64,000 nt of DNA, taken from contig CAZSDQ010000001.1 in the NCBI GenBank assembly GCA_964605725.1, forward strand, positions 12,090 to 76,089. Reading direction: 5' to 3'. A program made the translations under genes and the position numbers. Below the pieces are notes generated by a model that did not search any database, had not been told where the DNA came from, and saw nothing but the letters and a program-made list of their open reading frames with translations. This document shows positions 45,601-54,420 of this stretch, in pieces; the stretch's first letter is position 1; each line of letters begins with the position of its first letter. The stretch comes from an uncultured Candidatus Saccharibacteria bacterium (GTDB lineage: Bacteria; Patescibacteriota; WWE3; UBA101185; UBA10185).

Positions 45601-47745
45601 GCTTAAAAGAGCATTTTCCGGGAATTTTCCTAACAAAGTCTCTTTTACAGCCCTTACATCAAATATGCCCTTACCCATAAAATTAGATCTATTAAAAACA
45701 TCCTGATAAATATCAGATATAGCTGTGGAGTATGAGTCAAAACCGCTATCTGTTACAAATATTCTTGTAAAAGGAGAGTTATGTTCTGTTTCAGGTTTTA
45801 TGATAATCCTAGGCTGTAAAAACCCATAACCTCTCTTAATTATTTTTTTATCTTCATCTAAAATCGGAAAATTTAATGGGTGCGCCATCGCACCTATCAA
45901 TTTTAACGAAACATCAGCAGGTATTGAGGTATCTTCGTCCAATGTAATAACGTACCTTACGCCATACAATCTTGAGACATCGCCATCTACAACGGAGAAT
46001 GATTTATTTTCCGACTTGTTTTTTTCAGATAACCATTCTACCAGCTGCATTAATTTTCCTCTTTTCCTCTCCCAACCCATCCAGCAACCTTCTCTTGGAT
46101 TGAAAAGTCTTTTTCTATGGAAAAGATAAAATACATCAAAACCGGAAGACTTGTATTTCATATTTAACTGTTTTATCTTTTTTCTTAGATAAGTTAGGTC
46201 TTTACTATCTTGATCGGTTTCTTCATAAGGGGAATCTTTAAAATCACTTAAAAGTGCAAAATAAAGATTATTAAACTTGTTCGTTAAAAATCTTTTTTCT
46301 AAATTTTCTACTAATATATCTACTTTCCCTTTCCCGGAAAAAATAGACGGAACAACAACCAATGTCTTATATTCTTCGGGTATGTGGTTTTCAAATTCTA
46401 GTTTTGGAGGTAGCGCCGGCGGCATTAACCATGTAAAAAATTTATTCGTAAAGAAAATACAAAGATTTGATGAAGGTACAATCTGTAGAAACGTTAAAAT
46501 AATCGTAAGTAAAAGGTTTTGTGTATTTTTAAAAAAGAACGAAAATGAGAAAAGTGAAAGTAAAATAACCAAACTTACATTCAACCCAAAATACGATAAA
46601 TCCGGATACTTTTTTACTAGTATTTTAAGTGCACCTTTCAGAGGAGGTTTATAACCTATCTTTCTAGCAAAAGAATAATAACCATCATCTATTAAATAAT
46701 ATCCAACATGTCTTTGAACATCTATATTTGCTTCGGAAGATTGTTCAACTAGTTTTCTGGCAATTTCTGACTCACTGAAATTACTGTTTGAGCTCATATC
46801 CTCAATAATATGTCGATATCTATCGCGGCTAATATCATCCATTAACGGGTATATACCGGAAGGATCAATTGATAAAGTGTTTTCTACAATACTTACCTTT
46901 GTAAAAAACTTGCTCCAATTTATGTATGAAAAATTACGGATCGAGGTTACTGCATTATTTAAACCTTGTTTCAAATCTAAATCCCTTAAAACACTTGCTC
47001 GTGTAAACTCTTCGAGGTTCAAGTCCTCTTCGTGAATTTTTCCTTCAACAAGCTTCAAGGCCTCTTCTACACGATAATCTAGTTCTCTTATGTCTTCTAA
47101 GACTAATAATAGTACATGGGGGCTAACTGAAACATCTTTTATAATTTTTTTAATTCTTTTGGCTGGATTTTTACCTTTATCTATGTCTGAAGATATGTCT
47201 GAAACAATACTTGCAGCTAATTTACTATTTTCTATTTTTTCTTTTATTTCTAACCCTTTATCTAAAATTGATTTTATAATTTCAAATTTAATAATTGTTG
47301 GTAAAACCCAAAGTTCCAAACTTGATAGAGGGTATATTTTTTGATAACCCTTAAGAAAAGGTATTAATGTTTCTTCAGAAAATTCATATATTGATGCCTC
47401 CAAATACTTTCTAGCGATGTAATGAATTTGAAAATATATTTTACTGTACTCTGATAAGGGTAACTTATTTAATATTTTTGGTTTAAATGTTTCTGAAAAA
47501 TAGGAAGATTGCTGATTAATTAAGTAATAATTATCTAGTATCCATGAAGATGACAAGGGAACAATTTCAGGATTTTTCTCAAACTCAATCACTAGATATG
47601 AATATAATGAATCTATATTTTCTATTAAACTCTTGTAATCAAGCTGTCTATCAAAATTAAATTTTGAAAATAAACGTTTCGAAGGAAACTTTTTTTTGAT
47701 AGCAATATCCCTACCTAGGGTATAAAAATTTACTTTATTCTCCAT
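39682..47745 (-). CDS. ndvB: Cyclic beta-1,2-glucan synthase-like giant protein (NdvB/ChvB/Cgs architecture: membrane GT84 domain plus C-terminal GH94 phosphorylase-like domain)
   Basis: 2687 aa. TM segments flank a GT domain (VITLDEDT, RWVRGDWQLLPW). The C-terminal GH94-like region carries GSGDWNDGLS and RENGGQYTHGAVWA motifs. Confidence 0.85.
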   Translation of the reverse strand: MENKVNFYTLGRDIAIKKKFPSKRLFSKFNFDRQLDYKSLIENIDSLYSYLVIEFEKNPEIVPLSSSWILDNYYLINQQSSYFSETFKPKILNKLPLSEYSKIYFQIHYIARKYLEASIYEFSEETLIPFLKGYQKIYPLSSLELWVLPTIIKFEIIKSILDKGLEIKEKIENSKLAASIVSDISSDIDKGKNPAKRIKKIIKDVSVSPHVLLLVLEDIRELDYRVEEALKLVEGKIHEEDLNLEEFTRASVLRDLDLKQGLNNAVTSIRNFSYINWSKFFTKVSIVENTLSIDPSGIYPLMDDISRDRYRHIIEDMSSNSNFSESEIARKLVEQSSEANIDVQRHVGYYLIDDGYYSFARKIGYKPPLKGALKILVKKYPDLSYFGLNVSLVILLSLFSFSFFFKNTQNLLLTIILTFLQIVPSSNLCIFFTNKFFTWLMPPALPPKLEFENHIPEEYKTLVVVPSIFSGKGKVDILVENLEKRFLTNKFNNLYFALLSDFKDSPYEETDQDSKDLTYLRKKIKQLNMKYKSSGFDVFYLFHRKRLFNPREGCWMGWERKRGKLMQLVEWLSEKNKSENKSFSVVDGDVSRLYGVRYVITLDEDTSIPADVSLKLIGAMAHPLNFPILDEDKKIIKRGYGFLQPRIIIKPETEHNSPFTRIFVTDSGFDSYSTAISDIYQDVFNRSNFMGKGIFDVRAVKETLLGKFPENALLSHDLIESCFAKSGFLSDTSLVEDFPTSYKSYVNRDNRWVRGDWQLLPWLCPMIPLANGTKAKNPLDMMSLWMIIDNLRRSLVVPIFIILLYINWFFSSSEAINIYILVLFFGHLLFEFFSIKRYWVHKLPISEKIRLTLSFMLQKIILTSSFFIMASVTAINKILSIFRTLKRLITHRNLLEWMTHSEAEHVKSENNILGYFLTSKAVYLNLIILFSLFVLGKLTVLNIFTLFIWILSPIFVFVISKPYKQIQISDRLKDKDKMLSYSKMIWSFFEQHVNEESNHLPPDNIQLTPSKKITYRTSPTNIGFYILSLISAYDLKIIDLETYVSRLWNTLNIVYRLKKYRGHLFNWYDLKKLEPLNPYISTADSGNFVAALMLAEEACSSMSSALKKSNLEISKKFLQLSKLSRRIYQKTDFTFLYDKNMSVFSIGYNVSARQRDSSYYDILASEARIASYVAIALDQVEVKHWFNLSRPVRIRKGKFYLMSWGGTMFEYLLPALLLNEKKNTFLSQTTEQIFYIQKKYAEENGIPWGISESNFDAFDFDSNYQYKMMGVPEIALKRYDSRDLVVSPYSSFLSLMIAPEESERNLHRLEDDGVLGPYGFYEAVDFNRSTNEPKVGENVKIYTAHHQGMSLVAINNALNNRIMVGRLHSNDYIKSCDILLDEKIPQVSNIVEANQYGFDRKLSTVRRYEKERVRYSNTPNTLFPIAQLYGNGKYSVMISNSGAGFSKFRDTFINRYNEDLTLDDSGNHIFIKDVENSYFWSATYQPTLVKPDNYEVRFYTEYAEFSRLDKKTLTNLNIFVPPEKNFEIRELTLTNQSDNSKEYEITTYSEIMLDDLKAGLSHPVFNKLFIETAYENGVLIAKRKKRYIRDIEKYAFHFGFSEDVNLKTDSYETSRQNFIGRIKHIQNPAAMVSELTNSIGTVLDPIFSIRYKISLKPGESKKIHFIYGYANNIHEIKAARELLFTGEQMNELRYLNTHYIEAKRTHLGIDVRQEILFQKLFSRLVYPDYRLKETQSIDHTTGRSLLYRFSISGENRILAVKVNSKNIELVRNLVLLHEYLRMLRFNFDLVFIVDEKISYEETLEQDVYEVVENSLSHPYKDSGVYVLNVINMTLEERYTILSLAKVVLDSSLGSLDDQINLASKYSEPESVGIKDVVYEDYVESIVPAVDFKEGLEFYNGIGGFSKDGENYVMDISAENPTPLPWSNVIANERFGTMVTESGLGYTWNINSQMNKISPWSNDFVSDIQGEIIYLKDADSEKVISATPLPNKSGNFRVTHSQGYTEYKGESFDVDHTLKVLVDINDPVKILKLTLKNNSKYTKTMEATYYVEFTLGEDRYTNQENLKIEFDPVRQSILAQNPYSNNFSNQTAFMATNRPVVAATSDRKKFFGMGNSKKVPLWIYKNVRGITGFKSVSDKCGVITTEVEIPKNSKVSLLFILGQDDNVDNVNRLIDKYTNLEAVEQSVKDIQEKWNQVKSKIKINTPDTKFNYLINNWMLYQVLSCRVDGKTAFYQAAGAFGFRDQLQDVMSLVYCNPSKVRDHLTLCCAHQFKEGDVQHWWHYPSGAGVRTKISDDLLWLPYVVAYYIEKTGDMDILKIEVPYLEMQQLQSHEESLYGIPNVSDERGNVLDHCIRAINRSLRFGSHGLPLIGSGDWNDGLSSVGDEGKGESVWLAWFLITVIENFIKILEKTDRRNEIERLRSVVEQLKNNVNENGWDGEWYKRAFFDDGSPLGTHLNNECTIDSISQSWAVISGAASPGKLEKAMLSHEKYLEDKKNKIIKLLTPPFKESTPFPGYIQGYPEGIRENGGQYTHGAVWAMKAYAMMKNGDKAYELFNTLNPINRTLDRDSVNIYKSEPYVMAGDIYSNPQHLARGGWSWYTGSAGWLYRVAIEDILGFKVKQDYFTLEPVLPKEWTEYEMIYSHNNTYYSIKVERGEKKGLFVNGNKMDDSKIYFRSDMGNIDIYLVI

Positions 47746-47856
47746 ATCGGTTCTCCATAAATATTCTACATTAGATTGAATAGGAAATTAAGTATTTTAA
47801 AAGTAAAAATTCGATTAACTATCTAAATATTATTTAATATATTGTATTATTAACAT

Positions 47857-48243
47857 ATGAAAAAAATATTTAATTTTTTAATCATCGTTGGAATAGCATA
47901 CGGTATCTATTATTTCGCCGATCAAACAAGAATTTTTAAAAGATTGAATTGTTTAGGTCTTGGAGGAACTCCTGTAAATGTAAGGGAAGTTGGGGCTAAC
48001 ATTATAAGTAACGATATAGTATGCGCGGAACCTACTACCGACGCCAATAAAGAATGCTTTGATAATACTGACTGTAATGAAGATTGCATTTTAGAGAGAT
48101 ACTCAGACGAGTATCCTGATGTTACTACTTTTCTAGATAAACACGGGTACGATAAACGTGGTTATTGTCAACCTTATGAGGATATGGATTGTTACGTGTC
48201 GAGAGACAGGGGTACTATCGTTATCCATAAGTGTTCAAAATAA
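47857..48243 (+). CDS. Small secreted/anchored Cys-rich protein
   Basis: N-terminal hydrophobic helix plus about 9 Cys in the mature part. Leaderless-type start. Confidence 0.45.
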   Translation: MKKIFNFLIIVGIAYGIYYFADQTRIFKRLNCLGLGGTPVNVREVGANIISNDIVCAEPTTDANKECFDNTDCNEDCILERYSDEYPDVTTFLDKHGYDKRGYCQPYEDMDCYVSRDRGTIVIHKCSK

Positions 48244-48650
48244 TGAATCAAAAGATTGCAAATTATAAAAAATTTATAGAAGCTAATATAATAGAAGCAA
48301 AAAATGAGAAGGACTTAAATCTTTTACTAAAGTTAAACAGCTCCGCAATATCAAATTTTCAAGCTGAACGATTAATCCATTTGATAGTAACTATGTCCTT
48401 TGCTTTGTTTACATTAGTATTTATATATTTTTATCTATTTTTTGATGTTACTATTTTTGGAATAGTGTGTTTAATTACTATAGTTGTTTTGATATTCTAT
48501 ATACTGCATTATTACAAACTGGAAAACGGTGTTCAAAGTCTTTTGGAGTATGATCAAATAATTTTAAATCGAAAAAAAGAACTGGATCAGCAAAAATTAC
48601 CCACGAACCAAGTTGTTACTCAAACACCGCAGTTTAGAACGGGGTTATAA
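48243..48650 (+). CDS. Hypothetical 2-TM membrane protein
   Basis: I prefer ATG 48243, which overlaps the upstream TAA as TAATG, to the track's GTG 48231. Confidence 0.45.
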   Translation: MNQKIANYKKFIEANIIEAKNEKDLNLLLKLNSSAISNFQAERLIHLIVTMSFALFTLVFIYFYLFFDVTIFGIVCLITIVVLIFYILHYYKLENGVQSLLEYDQIILNRKKELDQQKLPTNQVVTQTPQFRTGL

Positions 48651-48677
48651 AAATAAAGTAATTGACGCTAAATAGTA

Positions 48678-48683
48678 TATAAT
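48678..48683 (+). promoter_or_regulatory. -10 box TATAAT 6 nt upstream of ATG 48690
   Basis: AGTATATAATTCCTCCATG. Confidence 0.4.
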
Positions 48684-48689
48684 TCCTCC

Positions 48690-49181
48690 ATGAATCACTT
48701 CTATTTATCTACTTTTCAACCTTCTGACATAGGCAGCGTTCCGATTGTTTTAACTAAACTAATTCCGGATATAAAAATAGATATAAACTCTGATAATTTT
48801 ATTTTTTATACTACTGGTTTTAATAATATAAAAGTTCTTGAGAATGATATTTTGAGAAACACGTTTGTTGTTATAAAAAAGTTTGATAAATTAACCGGAA
48901 ATTATTTTAAACCGATATTTCAGTGGTCTGGACGTCATAATTTTGAAGACATTTTACTTGCAATTAAATCTCTTGGGTACAAATCATTTAGATTAATACT
49001 AAATGATGATTTTAGAATTGTTTCCGGACATCGAAGAGCCGTAAAAGCACTTGAGAGACAAATATCAAGCCAAACGGGATTAAGAATTGATAGAGTAAAC
49101 CCATCAACCGAAATTTGGATTTTACACACAAAAGATGGGTATGGTTTTGTTATGTTAAAAATTTCAAATGTCAAAAAATAG
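48690..49181 (+). CDS. Hypothetical protein (weak THUMP-like resemblance)
   Basis: 163-aa ORF. The resemblance to THUMP-type RNA-binding domains is by eye only. Confidence 0.35.
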   Translation: MNHFYLSTFQPSDIGSVPIVLTKLIPDIKIDINSDNFIFYTTGFNNIKVLENDILRNTFVVIKKFDKLTGNYFKPIFQWSGRHNFEDILLAIKSLGYKSFRLILNDDFRIVSGHRRAVKALERQISSQTGLRIDRVNPSTEIWILHTKDGYGFVMLKISNVKK

Positions 49182-49240
49182 TATGTGCGAGGTGTTTACT
49201 TATTGTAAATATTTCCCACTTCCATCTCAATATTTATAAT

Positions 49241-49948
49241 ATGAAGAATATTTTAAACAAACTTAAAACAGAGTTAACCTCTAAAACTAATCAGAGTGGG
49301 ATAAAAAATTCTCAAAGATTTTTTAAGGACCCTATCAATACTTATGGGATGAAATCTAAAGATATAGGGATAATATCTCAAAAATATTTCCAATTAATAA
49401 AGAGTCTGTCAAAAGAGGAAATGTGTAAATTGTGTGAGGTTCTGTTTAAATCTGATATGTATGAAGAGTTTATGATTGCAGCAAATTGGATACAAAAAAG
49501 GGATAAAGAGTTTATATCTAAAGACATAGATTTATATGAAAATTGGATTAATAAATATGTTAATAACTGGGCAAAGTGCGATGTATTCTGCAATCACTCC
49601 GTCGGAAGTTTGGTAGAAAGATACCCAAAATTGATTAAATACCCTAAAAAGTGGGCAAAATCGAAAAATCTTTGGATGAGGAGAGCGTCCGCGGTATCAT
49701 TAATTATTCCAGCTAAAAATGGGCTATTTTTAAACGATATCTTTGAAATCTGCGATATTTTATTGGAGGATAGGGAGGATATGGTTCAAAAAGGTTACGG
49801 ATGGCTTTTAAAAGTTACCTCACAAATAAACTTAAAAATGGTTTTTGACTACGTAATGAAGAACAAAGGTAAAATGCCTCGTACTTCTCTAAGATATGCT
49901 ATAGAAAAAATGCCAAAGGATCTTAAAGAAAAAGCAATGAAAAAATAG
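49241..49948 (+). CDS. DNA alkylation repair protein (AlkD/HEAT-like repeat family)
   Basis: Start moved to ATG 49241; the track start at 49115 overlaps the upstream gene. NNWAKCDVFCNH and WMRRASAVSLI motifs are typical of the DNA_alkylation family. Confidence 0.7.
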   Translation: MKNILNKLKTELTSKTNQSGIKNSQRFFKDPINTYGMKSKDIGIISQKYFQLIKSLSKEEMCKLCEVLFKSDMYEEFMIAANWIQKRDKEFISKDIDLYENWINKYVNNWAKCDVFCNHSVGSLVERYPKLIKYPKKWAKSKNLWMRRASAVSLIIPAKNGLFLNDIFEICDILLEDREDMVQKGYGWLLKVTSQINLKMVFDYVMKNKGKMPRTSLRYAIEKMPKDLKEKAMKK

Positions 49949-49981
49949 TAATAAGATAGGTATTTCTGATATCATTTACAA

Positions 49982-50680
49982 ATGAGAACAAACGTTATCG
50001 CTACAATCGGACCCTCTTCCATTGATAAAGATATTCTTGGACAACTTATATCTGAAGGTGTGGATATAATTAGAATAAATACTTCATACGGAGATATTGA
50101 GCAATACAAAAAGGTTCTCCAAAATCTTAAAGAGGTAGACCCCAACTCCAGAGTAAAAAAGATGCTTGATATTAAAAGTGAAGATATTCTCAATTTTTGT
50201 GATGAAAATAAAATGGATTTCATAGCTGTTTCTTTTGCTGAATCAAAGGAACAAATTGAAAATATAAAAAATAAGCACCCCGACTGTGTACTAATCTCAA
50301 AGATTGAATCAGTTAAAGGTGTTACGAATTATCACGACATATTGGAAGTATCGGACGGTGTCATGATTGCTCGAGGAGATTTAAGCAGTGCCGTAACCTT
50401 GGAGAAAGTACCACCACTACAAAAACAATTTACAAAGGAAGCGATCTTAAAAAATAAATATGTTATTGCCGCAACTGAAATGCTTTTATCAATGACTGAT
50501 AAACCTTATCCAACCAACGCAGAGGTGTCTGACGTGGCCAATGCAGTTTTTGATGGGGTTAATGCAGTAATGTTATCCGAAGAGACAGCTGTAGGTAAAT
50601 ACCCTGTAGAATCAGTAAAGATTATGGAAAAAATAATAACCGAAGCAGAAAACTACACAAGGGAGCAGAACTTAATTTAA
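49982..50680 (+). CDS. Pyruvate kinase-like protein, A (TIM-barrel) domain only
   Basis: 232 aa. IATIGPSS, RINTSYG, ISKIESVKGV, MIARGDLS and MLSEETAVGKYPVESV align with PK barrel motifs. The B (lid) domain and the C-terminal domain are absent. Confidence 0.75.
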   Translation: MRTNVIATIGPSSIDKDILGQLISEGVDIIRINTSYGDIEQYKKVLQNLKEVDPNSRVKKMLDIKSEDILNFCDENKMDFIAVSFAESKEQIENIKNKHPDCVLISKIESVKGVTNYHDILEVSDGVMIARGDLSSAVTLEKVPPLQKQFTKEAILKNKYVIAATEMLLSMTDKPYPTNAEVSDVANAVFDGVNAVMLSEETAVGKYPVESVKIMEKIITEAENYTREQNLI

Positions 50681-50685
50681 GTCAA

Positions 50686-53208
50686 TCAAACGTTTTTAAC
50701 TTTATTTCTATAAATTGACAGCTTAACGAACTCGCTTGTAATAAAATATCCAGCAGCAATCACTATGATTGTTAATAAATTACTATATTTAAGAGGAGTA
50801 AATCCAAATGTGTTCTTTCCAAAAGGTAAGAAGGTTACTACAAACGTACTCACAGCTGCCAAAGAAGTTAAAAATATAATAATTCTGGAAGGTTTTGAAC
50901 GACTTTTTAATATAAATTTCTTTGTCCTAATGGAAAATATTAATAGCAGCTCTGTTAATATACTTTCTATAAACCACGCTGTCCTTAGTACCTCGGGCTT
51001 GCTCGACTTAAAGATAGCGAACAATAAAAGGTCGAAGACGGTGCTCACAATTCCCAGAAAAGTCGCCATAATTACTATTTCAGTATTGTTATAGACACAT
51101 GGATCTTTTATTTCCTCCTTCTCAACATTATCTGTAGCAATAGATATCATTGGAAAATCGGAAAGTAAGTTAACAAGTAAAATTTGAACAGGAAGCATTG
51201 GAAGGTATTCAATCAAAAGTGAGGCTATAGCAACAGCGTAAAAATTACCAAAATTAGATGATAATGTAGCTTTAATATATTTAGATGTGTTTACAAAGGT
51301 TTTCCTTCCTTCTTCAATTCCGTCAATAATAACTTTTAAATCCTGTTGTAACAAAATTAAGTCAGAGGCTTCTCTGGCAACATCTGAAGCACCGTTAACT
51401 ACAATAGCCACATTAGCAAGTTTTAATGCGGGTGCGTCGTTAATGCCATCTCCCAAGTAACCAACTGTATACTTCTTTTGAAGTATCTCAATAATTTGAA
51501 ATTTCTGTTCAGGAGAAACCCTAGCGAAAACATTTCCTTTCTCAACAGCAGATATTTTTTCTTCGTAATTCATTTTTTCAAGATCAAAACCAGAAATTAC
51601 CTCGCTATATGATTTGGCAATACCAACCTCGTAAGCAACTGCCCCTGCAACTTCAGCGCTGTCACCAGTAATTATTTTTATTCTCACACCTAACTCCTGT
51701 GCTTTATTAACAGCACTTCTAGAACTTATTTTTACGGGATCTGAAAAGGAAATTAAACCAACTAATTCTAAATTTGATTCCTCGTCTTCAACATCGTAAT
51801 CATCTTTACTAAATTCTTTCCTGGCGACAGTAATCACCCTTCGTCCTTTTTTACCTTGATCTAAAATCCATTCTAAAATATTCTTTTCATCTTCATTTGA
51901 AATATTTGAAACATATGGAAGTATACTTTCTTGGGCACCTCGAACAATAATATATCTTTTTGACTCAATTTCTACTAAAACACTATTTCTTCTTCGAACA
52001 GGGTTAAATGGATTTTCATTTAACCTTTTTACCTTTTTCAATTTTGTTAACTCAAAACGTCCTATTTTTTTAAATAATGCCAGATCAAATGAATTGTTTG
52101 CAGTTTTCTTTTTCCCAAAAACATCTCCCGCTAATGCAGAGTAGAGAAGTGTTTTATCCTTATCTTCCGAAAATATTTCCGAAACTGAAAGACTATTTTC
52201 AGTTAAAGTACCTGTCTTATCACTACATAAAATTTCTATGCTACCCAGATCTTCTATAGCTGATAATCTTTTAGCTACTACTTTCTTTTTAGCTAATTTT
52301 AAAGCACCTTGGGTTAATGAAAAAGTGGTAACTAAAGGAAGTGCTTCGGGGATCACTCCTACAGCTAGTGCTATAGAAAAAAGTATGAGTTCAGGTATAG
52401 CGATATCTTGACCTTTAATAAAAAGGTGGGCCAAAAAAACTACAACAAGTGTTACAGATGTCAGTATTAAAATGAACTTACTAAATTTATTAATGTGTTT
52501 TTCGAAACCACTTGTATCAGATGTCTCAACCGTCAATTTAGTTATTTTCCCAATCTCTGTGTTTTTGCCCGTGAATATGACTATGCCTTTTGAGTTACCT
52601 TCTGAGACTGTCGTTCCCATAAATACAATATTGCTAGCTTTATAAATTTGGGTTTCCTTTTCTTTAAGTGGAGTTGAAATTTTCTTAACGGGAACTGACT
52701 CACCTGTTAAAGAAGACTCGTCGACATAGAAATTGTCTTCCATAACTAAACGAATATCCGCGGGTACTATGTCACCAACCTCCAAGAGCACCACATCTCC
52801 CGGTACTAAATCAGTAGATGAAATATACCGTACTTGATCTGATCTTATAACTCTTACCTGTCTATCAACTAAATTTTTTAAATATGAAAGTGCTTTCTGA
52901 GATTTAAATTCTTGATAAAACCCTAAACCTGTATTTATAACCACAAAAAGAAGAATCATTAGTGAATCGAAACGATTATTAAGTAAAAAAGAAATTACAG
53001 ACGCTGCTATCAACAGGTAAATGAAAGCTGATTTAAATTGCCTTAATAAAATATCAAACCACGTAGATTCGTTAGCTCGAAGAGTGTTAGGACCGTATCT
53101 ACCTTTTCTAATATTAGCTTTTTGAAATGAGAGGCCTTTTTCAATATCAGTATTAAATTCTTCACATAATGTTTGATTGGTTTTAGTTGTGTATTCAGAA
53201 AATTTCAT
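50686..53208 (-). CDS. Cation-transporting P-type ATPase (Mg2+/H+-type-like)
   Basis: TGES, PEALP, CSDKTGTLTEN, TGDSAEVA, GDGINDAPAL. Confidence 0.9.
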   Translation of the reverse strand: MKFSEYTTKTNQTLCEEFNTDIEKGLSFQKANIRKGRYGPNTLRANESTWFDILLRQFKSAFIYLLIAASVISFLLNNRFDSLMILLFVVINTGLGFYQEFKSQKALSYLKNLVDRQVRVIRSDQVRYISSTDLVPGDVVLLEVGDIVPADIRLVMEDNFYVDESSLTGESVPVKKISTPLKEKETQIYKASNIVFMGTTVSEGNSKGIVIFTGKNTEIGKITKLTVETSDTSGFEKHINKFSKFILILTSVTLVVVFLAHLFIKGQDIAIPELILFSIALAVGVIPEALPLVTTFSLTQGALKLAKKKVVAKRLSAIEDLGSIEILCSDKTGTLTENSLSVSEIFSEDKDKTLLYSALAGDVFGKKKTANNSFDLALFKKIGRFELTKLKKVKRLNENPFNPVRRRNSVLVEIESKRYIIVRGAQESILPYVSNISNEDEKNILEWILDQGKKGRRVITVARKEFSKDDYDVEDEESNLELVGLISFSDPVKISSRSAVNKAQELGVRIKIITGDSAEVAGAVAYEVGIAKSYSEVISGFDLEKMNYEEKISAVEKGNVFARVSPEQKFQIIEILQKKYTVGYLGDGINDAPALKLANVAIVVNGASDVAREASDLILLQQDLKVIIDGIEEGRKTFVNTSKYIKATLSSNFGNFYAVAIASLLIEYLPMLPVQILLVNLLSDFPMISIATDNVEKEEIKDPCVYNNTEIVIMATFLGIVSTVFDLLLFAIFKSSKPEVLRTAWFIESILTELLLIFSIRTKKFILKSRSKPSRIIIFLTSLAAVSTFVVTFLPFGKNTFGFTPLKYSNLLTIIVIAAGYFITSEFVKLSIYRNKVKNV

Positions 53209-53283
53209 AGGCAGTTAAATAAATTTTACACTTTTAAATTAAACTAATACACACAGTTATTTTTTGAAGGGGATAGGTGGTAT

Positions 53284-54324
53284 TTATAGACTCGAGTAGT
53301 TAAGATGCATTGCTTCTTTAGTTCTTTCCAATGTCTTTTGTGCCAAATTACGAGCAAACACGGTACCTTCATCTAAAATTCCTTTGATATCTTCTTTTTC
53401 GTGTTTTTTTCTACTTTCTCTGATAGGCTCTAAAAACTCCTGAATAGATTTTTCCAACTTTTCTTTAACCTCGACGTCACCAACCGTTCCTTTTTTGTAT
53501 CGATTTTTTAAATCTTCAACCTCTTCTTTATTTATATTAAAAACGTCGTGATAAATAAAAACCGGATTACCTTCAACTGTACCCGGATCATTAGGATGAA
53601 TTCTTTTTGGGTCTGTATACATAGTTTTAATCATTTTTTTAACAGTATTTTCGTCATCTTTTAAGAAGATAGCGTTATTTAGGGACTTGGACATTTTTGC
53701 TTGACCATCAGTTCCCACAAGCCTCCCAATTTTACCAACAAGTGCATCACACTCCACAAAAGTTGGGGAGTAAGTTCTATTAAATGCTGAAACAATGTTA
53801 TTGGTATCTCTAAGGTGGGGAACCTGGTCCTCTCCCACGGGAACTAAAATAGGTTCTTTTGACTTTTTTGGGTCGGGAGATGAAAAAAGTATGTCTGCGG
53901 CCTGGCTTACCGGATAATACATAAAACCTGTAGAAATATTTTTTCCTAGATATTTTGATTCTGTTTGAATTGTGGGGTTACTCTGCATCCATGTAAAAGG
54001 TGTAACCATGGACAAATACACCGTAAGCTCGGTGAGTTCGGGCATTGCACTTTGCAAAATAAAATGAACATTTTCTTTACGAGGATTAAGGCCGATCGAT
54101 AAAAAATCTAAAACTACTTCCCGTACGGATTCCTCAATTAATTTAGGATTATCGGAATGAGTAGTTAAAGCCTGAATATCAGCTATCATGAAAAAACATT
54201 CGTATTTATCCTGAAGTTCAACCCAATTTTTTAAGGCACCTACATAGTGGCCAAGGTGTAGCGGTCCTGTAGGTCTGATCCCTGTCATCAGATTACTTAA
54301 TGTATTCTTTGGTTCTGAAATCAT
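53284..54324 (-). CDS. trpS: Tryptophan--tRNA ligase
   Basis: HIGH-type motif ([12 protein letters not shown]), KMSKS, and a TrpRS-typical [12 protein letters not shown] segment. Confidence 0.9.
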   Translation of the reverse strand: MISEPKNTLSNLMTGIRPTGPLHLGHYVGALKNWVELQDKYECFFMIADIQALTTHSDNPKLIEESVREVVLDFLSIGLNPRKENVHFILQSAMPELTELTVYLSMVTPFTWMQSNPTIQTESKYLGKNISTGFMYYPVSQAADILFSSPDPKKSKEPILVPVGEDQVPHLRDTNNIVSAFNRTYSPTFVECDALVGKIGRLVGTDGQAKMSKSLNNAIFLKDDENTVKKMIKTMYTDPKRIHPNDPGTVEGNPVFIYHDVFNINKEEVEDLKNRYKKGTVGDVEVKEKLEKSIQEFLEPIRESRKKHEKEDIKGILDEGTVFARNLAQKTLERTKEAMHLNYSSL

Positions 54325-54420
54325 ATATAAATTTTACACTATTAAAACCATTTTATTAATATTAAGAGGTATAAAAGATAGTTTAAGCAAATAGGGAAGT
54401 CGGTTATTATAAAGATAAGC

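Noticed and set aside
39976-47344. Plus-strand ORFs inside the giant minus-strand gene (for example 39976..40317, 44828..45292, 46277..46654)
   Set aside because: All are antisense to a continuous 2687-codon ORF with conserved GT and GH94 motifs. They have low-complexity translations.
49115-49240. N-terminal 42-codon extension of the AlkD-like gene in the ORF track
   Set aside because: It overlaps the 3' end of the upstream gene and has an implausible Cys/Phe-rich translation. Family homology begins at the ATG at 49241.
54325-54420. T-box riboswitch between tRNA-Trp and trpS
   Set aside because: The spacer is only 96 nt. I saw no specifier-loop or T-box (AGAGA...GGTGNTACCGCG-like) sequence or terminator/antiterminator pair.
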